Origin: Candidatus Thorarchaeota archaeon
GTDB taxonomy: Archaea; Asgardarchaeota; Heimdallarchaeia; Hodarchaeales; Hodarchaeaceae
Direction of reading: 5' to 3'
Length of the DNA: 32,000 bases
NCBI GenBank assembly: GCA_048882505.1
Contig: JBHLRO010000027.1
Location: 4,940 to 36,939 of the forward strand
Positions 27,801 to 32,000 of this stretch are shown here, piece by piece (positions within the stretch are counted from its first letter, which is position 1; every line of letters starts with the position of its first letter). Under the pieces are notes generated by a model. That model was given only the letters and a program-made list of their open reading frames with translations, did not search any database and was not told the origin of the DNA. Made by a program: the position numbers and the translations under genes.

Positions 27801-28002
27801 GAAATGGAGGCGGTGAAGGGCGAGTTGTTCGACTAGATCTAAAAACACATTTTTCCAAAAAAATTCTTATCATTTATAAGGATTAAGTCGTCTGCGGGTT
27901 TTGAGGTCTGGAGAGGAATTAAATGAAAGAAATGATTTATTTTTTAGCTTCTCCAATCAATTTTCGAATGCTTTTAGTTTCTCTTAGAGGAGAAATCAAG
28001 GA

Positions 28003-28677
28003 ATGGCATTTATCTATAGGCTTGAAAATTTGAAGCGGTATTACAAAAGTAAAGAAGAAACCATCAAAGCTCTTGATGGTATCGATACTACTGTCAATAA
28101 GGGTGACTTCATTGCACTTCTGGGCCCTTCAGGCTCCGGAAAAACTACATTGCTGAATTTATTAACGGGACTCGACAAAGCAACTTCAGGAACCATCTAC
28201 TTTCATGATCTTAATTTCTCCAGTTTGAATGATTCTCAATTCTGCGATTTAAGGCGATTCCAGATTGGGATCATATTTCAGTTTTACAACCTGCATCCTT
28301 CTCTTACCGCACAAGAGAACGTGGAATATCCCATGATGATTGCGAACATCCCCAAGCACCGCCAAATTCGTCGAGCTCTCGAACTCTTAGAGTCGGTGGA
28401 TTTGCTCAATAAAAGAGATAATTATCCCCCCGAATTATCGGGTGGGGAACAACAACGGGTTGGCATTGCTCGAGCCTTAGCTAATGATCCTGAGGTTATT
28501 ATTGCGGATGAACCAACTGGGGATCTTGATTCTGAACTGGCCCAGGCGATTATTGAGTTATTAGTGCAAATTAACACTACAGGAAAAACGATTGTGATGG
28601 TCACTCATGATGAGTCGCTCTTACGGGATGAAATGCGGGTAATCCGGCTCATTGATGGGAGAATGTGTGAGTCATGA
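28003..28677 (+). CDS. ABC transporter ATP-binding protein (LolD/MacB-type)
   Basis: [36 protein letters not shown] and VTHD. Confidence 0.95.
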   Translation: MAFIYRLENLKRYYKSKEETIKALDGIDTTVNKGDFIALLGPSGSGKTTLLNLLTGLDKATSGTIYFHDLNFSSLNDSQFCDLRRFQIGIIFQFYNLHPSLTAQENVEYPMMIANIPKHRQIRRALELLESVDLLNKRDNYPPELSGGEQQRVGIARALANDPEVIIADEPTGDLDSELAQAIIELLVQINTTGKTIVMVTHDESLLRDEMRVIRLIDGRMCES

Positions 28678-31477
28678 GAAACACTTGGGTGGGTGTGGCC
28701 AGGTGAAGCTGATTGGCCTTATGAAAGGAAAAACGCGAGTTCTGTTCCAGCTGTTACGAATTGACTTTCCCATGGCTTTGATTACCTTAATTGGACTAAC
28801 CATCGCGCTTTCGATTTCCGCTGCGACCTTGATTTACTTAGATTCGAAGAAACCAGAGGTTTATATGTCAATCTTTGAGAATGAGGATTTTGAAGAGGAT
28901 TTAAGATTCCATGGAAATCGACATCAATTATCCGCAGAAATATTCACCAATTTTTCAGAATTGAAAGCGATTCAAGAAGCCCTAGATAACCAACTAGATG
29001 AGTACAAGCTAGGTGATATTTTCTCTCCGAGTTCCTATTCCCCTTATTACATGATCGGAGACCAGCCCACCTATTTCCTTGGAATCGCCCTTGATCATGC
29101 CGTCCTTGAGGATTGTATCGAAGGCAGCAGCCTTCCCTCCCTGGGAAATGAAACCATAATATTTAACCCGCATGACACCAATATGAGCATTGGGGAAGTC
29201 TTCAATGTTACCTATACAGAATTCCAATTTGACGTTGAATCGGATCAGGTGTATCGCTTTGACATCAACTATACCATGAAAATCACAGGAATCATCACCC
29301 CCAGTACTCTAAGAGCCGAATCTCCGTTACAACACGTCTTTCCAGAAAATTCCTTTGATTTCTTACCGATTGTTGAGGCTACCGAGATTCCCACGATACT
29401 TGATTCAATAGAACAGGAATTAATATTCAAAATTTTTGAAGCAATCAATAAGGTCAGATCAGACCTAATTCCTGCTGGAATTCATTTTATTTATGCCCTT
29501 AATAAAGCGAACATTCGCCCAAACAATGTTGTTGAGATAATAACCAATTATAATGCTTTCTTAAGAACCACAGGTAGTATGTTTGACCTTGATGGAGCTG
29601 AATTGGTGAATCCTGAATATTACACGACTGCCCCAATCGTTCAGGAGCTTATTACGGATTTTAATAGTAGTTTTTTTCTATTTTTGATCCTCGGCATCCC
29701 CACATTCATCTTGATTTTTTTATTGGTTAAATTCTCCCTTAATTTAATCAATACCCCGAGAAAGAAATCCATAGCTCTTTGCAAAATGCGAGCGGTGTCC
29801 CGAAATTTCATCCTGATCAGTTTGGTCATAGAACTTGTGCTTGTCTCATTCCTGGGTTCAATAACAGGAATCACCATCGGAATCCCTCTTTTTCTATTAA
29901 TGAATACGACTACCGGATTTCTTACCTTTGAATTAACCGAAATTCCCCCCCGGATCGTGCTATCCCTTCCAACCGTGCAAACCATCTGTGTAATGAGCTT
30001 GGTCCTGACTTTCCTTTCCCAATCTCGGCAAATCCTGTCGTTATCACGAGCCAAAATGATATCTTTTAGACAAGTAATGAGTCCAAAGAAGGACCAAAAA
30101 GACGGAAGGCTCCGAGGCAATTTAGACGTTTTTTTGCTAATTCAGGGGGGACTGGGCGTTGTCATCTTCACCTGGTTAGTAGATATCTTATTTCAAAATG
30201 TTGAATTGTTTGGCAACTTCACTTTTTTTCTATTAATCTTAATGATTCTTTCTGCCCTCGCATTCATACTCGGTGGTGTTTTGACCTTGCAGAGATTCAT
30301 ACCGACTGTGATTCAGCAATCTGGCATTTTTTTCTGGAAACGAAATTGGCGCCAATTAGCATTCGCTGCTCGCAACCTTTCCAGCAACATGAGGTTATCA
30401 GAACGCACAACATTACTCATGGCCATATCCCTGAGCTTCTTAATGATCCTGTCCAGTTTGCCTATGTCATATTATGAGTATCACATTGATAATACTTATT
30501 ATAGTTCAGGTAGCGATTGGGCCATTTATACGCCAGACGTGGCACAAAATCCTGATACTATCGCTCAATTACGGGCCATTCCAGGTATCAATGTCACGCA
30601 GGTCGGGTATCGGTGGCAATATCGGGGTATTGAAGAGGATTTTGCTCAAAGCGCCCATTGGCAAGACTATTATGATGATTCCTCCTTGCAGGAATTAGTC
30701 TTGGCCTTATTTAGCTCCAGCGCGGATTTTCCCGCCATAATTTCTTCAAAGTTCGCTAGCCAAGAGAAATTATCCCTTGGGGACAATTTTAGAGGATTAG
30801 AGGAAAAAGAACTCACTGTTGAAGGGATCAGTAATTATTGGCCTAGCACGAGTCCAGGCGATTTTGTCATAACGCCCCTTCGGGCATTAGCAAATATGAC
30901 AGAACACCTAGATTATTATCTGTGGGTGAAGTTTTTAGCAGGTCATAACCAGACCTCTCTGGTTAGTGAAACCCGGAAAATTATTGGATCAATATCGTTT
31001 GAATCGTCTTACCCGCCAGTAAGAGCAAGATTGGGAGAGCTAGAGACTACCAATTATTCCACCGCATTTATCTGGGTGATTATCAATTTCAATTTTCTTG
31101 CGGCTCTCACAGTGGCCTTAAGTGTGATTATTCTGTTTTCATTGGCAAGAATCGTCAGTACTGCCCCAGAGATCGGGCTGAGTCGGGCATTAGGGATGAA
31201 GTATCAGCAGCTCTTTCTCCTGACCCTAATGGAACCTTTCTTGTTATTTTTTCTTAGTGGGATCCCGGGCGCGATCATCGGATTAACTTTACTCGGCGGT
31301 TTTGTCTTTATATTGGGAACCTTTCCGATCCCAGGCCCACCATTTATATTAAAATTTAATTATCCGGTTATTTTTCTTCTTTATAGCGAGATATTTTTTG
31401 TAACATTGGTGATTGGGGCACTATCCTCGTCTCTAGCCATGAGAGTAAATATCGCAAGAATCTTACAGGTGGAGTAA
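28652..31477 (+). CDS. FtsX/MacB-type ABC transporter permease (duplicated architecture)
   Basis: Two extracellular-domain + TM halves with IALCKMRAVS and EIGLSRALGM motifs. The true start is probably slightly downstream (about 28703-28721). Confidence 0.88.
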   Translation: MMGECVSHEKHLGGCGQVKLIGLMKGKTRVLFQLLRIDFPMALITLIGLTIALSISAATLIYLDSKKPEVYMSIFENEDFEEDLRFHGNRHQLSAEIFTNFSELKAIQEALDNQLDEYKLGDIFSPSSYSPYYMIGDQPTYFLGIALDHAVLEDCIEGSSLPSLGNETIIFNPHDTNMSIGEVFNVTYTEFQFDVESDQVYRFDINYTMKITGIITPSTLRAESPLQHVFPENSFDFLPIVEATEIPTILDSIEQELIFKIFEAINKVRSDLIPAGIHFIYALNKANIRPNNVVEIITNYNAFLRTTGSMFDLDGAELVNPEYYTTAPIVQELITDFNSSFFLFLILGIPTFILIFLLVKFSLNLINTPRKKSIALCKMRAVSRNFILISLVIELVLVSFLGSITGITIGIPLFLLMNTTTGFLTFELTEIPPRIVLSLPTVQTICVMSLVLTFLSQSRQILSLSRAKMISFRQVMSPKKDQKDGRLRGNLDVFLLIQGGLGVVIFTWLVDILFQNVELFGNFTFFLLILMILSALAFILGGVLTLQRFIPTVIQQSGIFFWKRNWRQLAFAARNLSSNMRLSERTTLLMAISLSFLMILSSLPMSYYEYHIDNTYYSSGSDWAIYTPDVAQNPDTIAQLRAIPGINVTQVGYRWQYRGIEEDFAQSAHWQDYYDDSSLQELVLALFSSSADFPAIISSKFASQEKLSLGDNFRGLEEKELTVEGISNYWPSTSPGDFVITPLRALANMTEHLDYYLWVKFLAGHNQTSLVSETRKIIGSISFESSYPPVRARLGELETTNYSTAFIWVIINFNFLAALTVALSVIILFSLARIVSTAPEIGLSRALGMKYQQLFLLTLMEPFLLFFLSGIPGAIIGLTLLGGFVFILGTFPIPGPPFILKFNYPVIFLLYSEIFFVTLVIGALSSSLAMRVNIARILQVE

Positions 31478-31482
31478 GGTTT

Positions 31483-32000
31483 ATGCTAGTAGAATGTAAG
31501 GATCTGATCAAAATCTATCCTTCTCCATTCAAAGGCCTCAATTTCCCCGCCTTGAGAGGATTAGATTTAGCAGTGAAAAAAGGCGACCTAGTTTCCGTGA
31601 TTGGTCCATCGGGTGCCGGGAAAAGTACGCTGCTTCGCCTTATCAGTGCCTTTGACACACCAAGCTCGGGAGAAATTTGGTTTGATGGGCAAATGATAAA
31701 CCAATTTACGGATAGGGAACGATTACAGTATCGACAACAGCTAGGGGTCATAAATCAATCGCCTAGGGAAAATCTATTCTGGGGGTTGAACGTGATAGAT
31801 AATGTGCTATTTCCTATGCGTTATTCGGGGAAATATCTACCTAATCAACGTCTCAAAGCCCTAGAACTGATCAAACGCGTGGGTCTCCGAGGTAAAGATA
31901 AAAGAAAACCGTCTCAGTTGTCTGGAGGCGAACAACAACGAGTAGCAATAGCGGTAGCGCTAGCTAATAGGCCACAATTACTCTTAGCGGATGAACCAAC
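31483..32000 (+). CDS. Second ABC transporter ATP-binding protein, 3' end outside window
   Basis: Missing from the ORF track. Manual translation: MLVECKDLIKIY...GPSGAGKST...[27 protein letters not shown]. Confidence 0.95.
   Translation, partial: MLVECKDLIKIYPSPFKGLNFPALRGLDLAVKKGDLVSVIGPSGAGKSTLLRLISAFDTPSSGEIWFDGQMINQFTDRERLQYRQQLGVINQSPRENLFWGLNVIDNVLFPMRYSGKYLPNQRLKALELIKRVGLRGKDKRKPSQLSGGEQQRVAIAVALANRPQLLLADEP

Noticed and set aside
1-32000. CRISPR arrays, tRNA/rRNA genes and intact transposases
   Set aside because: No regularly spaced 25-45-bp repeats, cloverleaf or rRNA signatures, or transposase motifs were seen.

Overview
Archaeal genomic window. GGTGA/GAGGTGA ribosome-binding sites, BRE/TATA promoters and the gene content suggest an Asgard archaeon, probably Heimdallarchaeia-like; that taxonomy is inference only. 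Left part (1-13.0 kb, mostly minus strand) is housekeeping: a fatty-acid degradation operon (small wHTH-like ORF, acyl-CoA dehydrogenase, enoyl-CoA hydratase, SCP2, acyl-CoA synthetase running off the left edge), two flavin reductases, a GC-rich 246-bp rod-like inverted-repeat element, a short heme A synthase, a TGA-interrupted DinB gene, an ATL protein, a MoxR-type AAA+ ATPase with a 610-aa partner, an ACT protein and a site-2 protease. Middle part (13.6-26.2 kb) is a largely AT-rich accessory region. It holds a secreted metzincin and a 2022-aa surface protein (signal peptide, about 9 PKD/Ig domains, six Ca-binding DxDxD repeats, then a low-GC hydrophobic C-terminal region). That giant gene is followed directly by three paralogues of an unknown ~8-TM membrane protein, interleaved with duplicated promoter/signal-peptide stubs and decayed ORFs. 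This layout resembles a polymorphic toxin-immunity or self-recognition locus and is the best candidate for an undescribed system; no function is demonstrated. Right end: a decayed ORF region and a MacB/FtsX-type ABC transporter cluster. No rRNA, tRNA or CRISPR array was seen.
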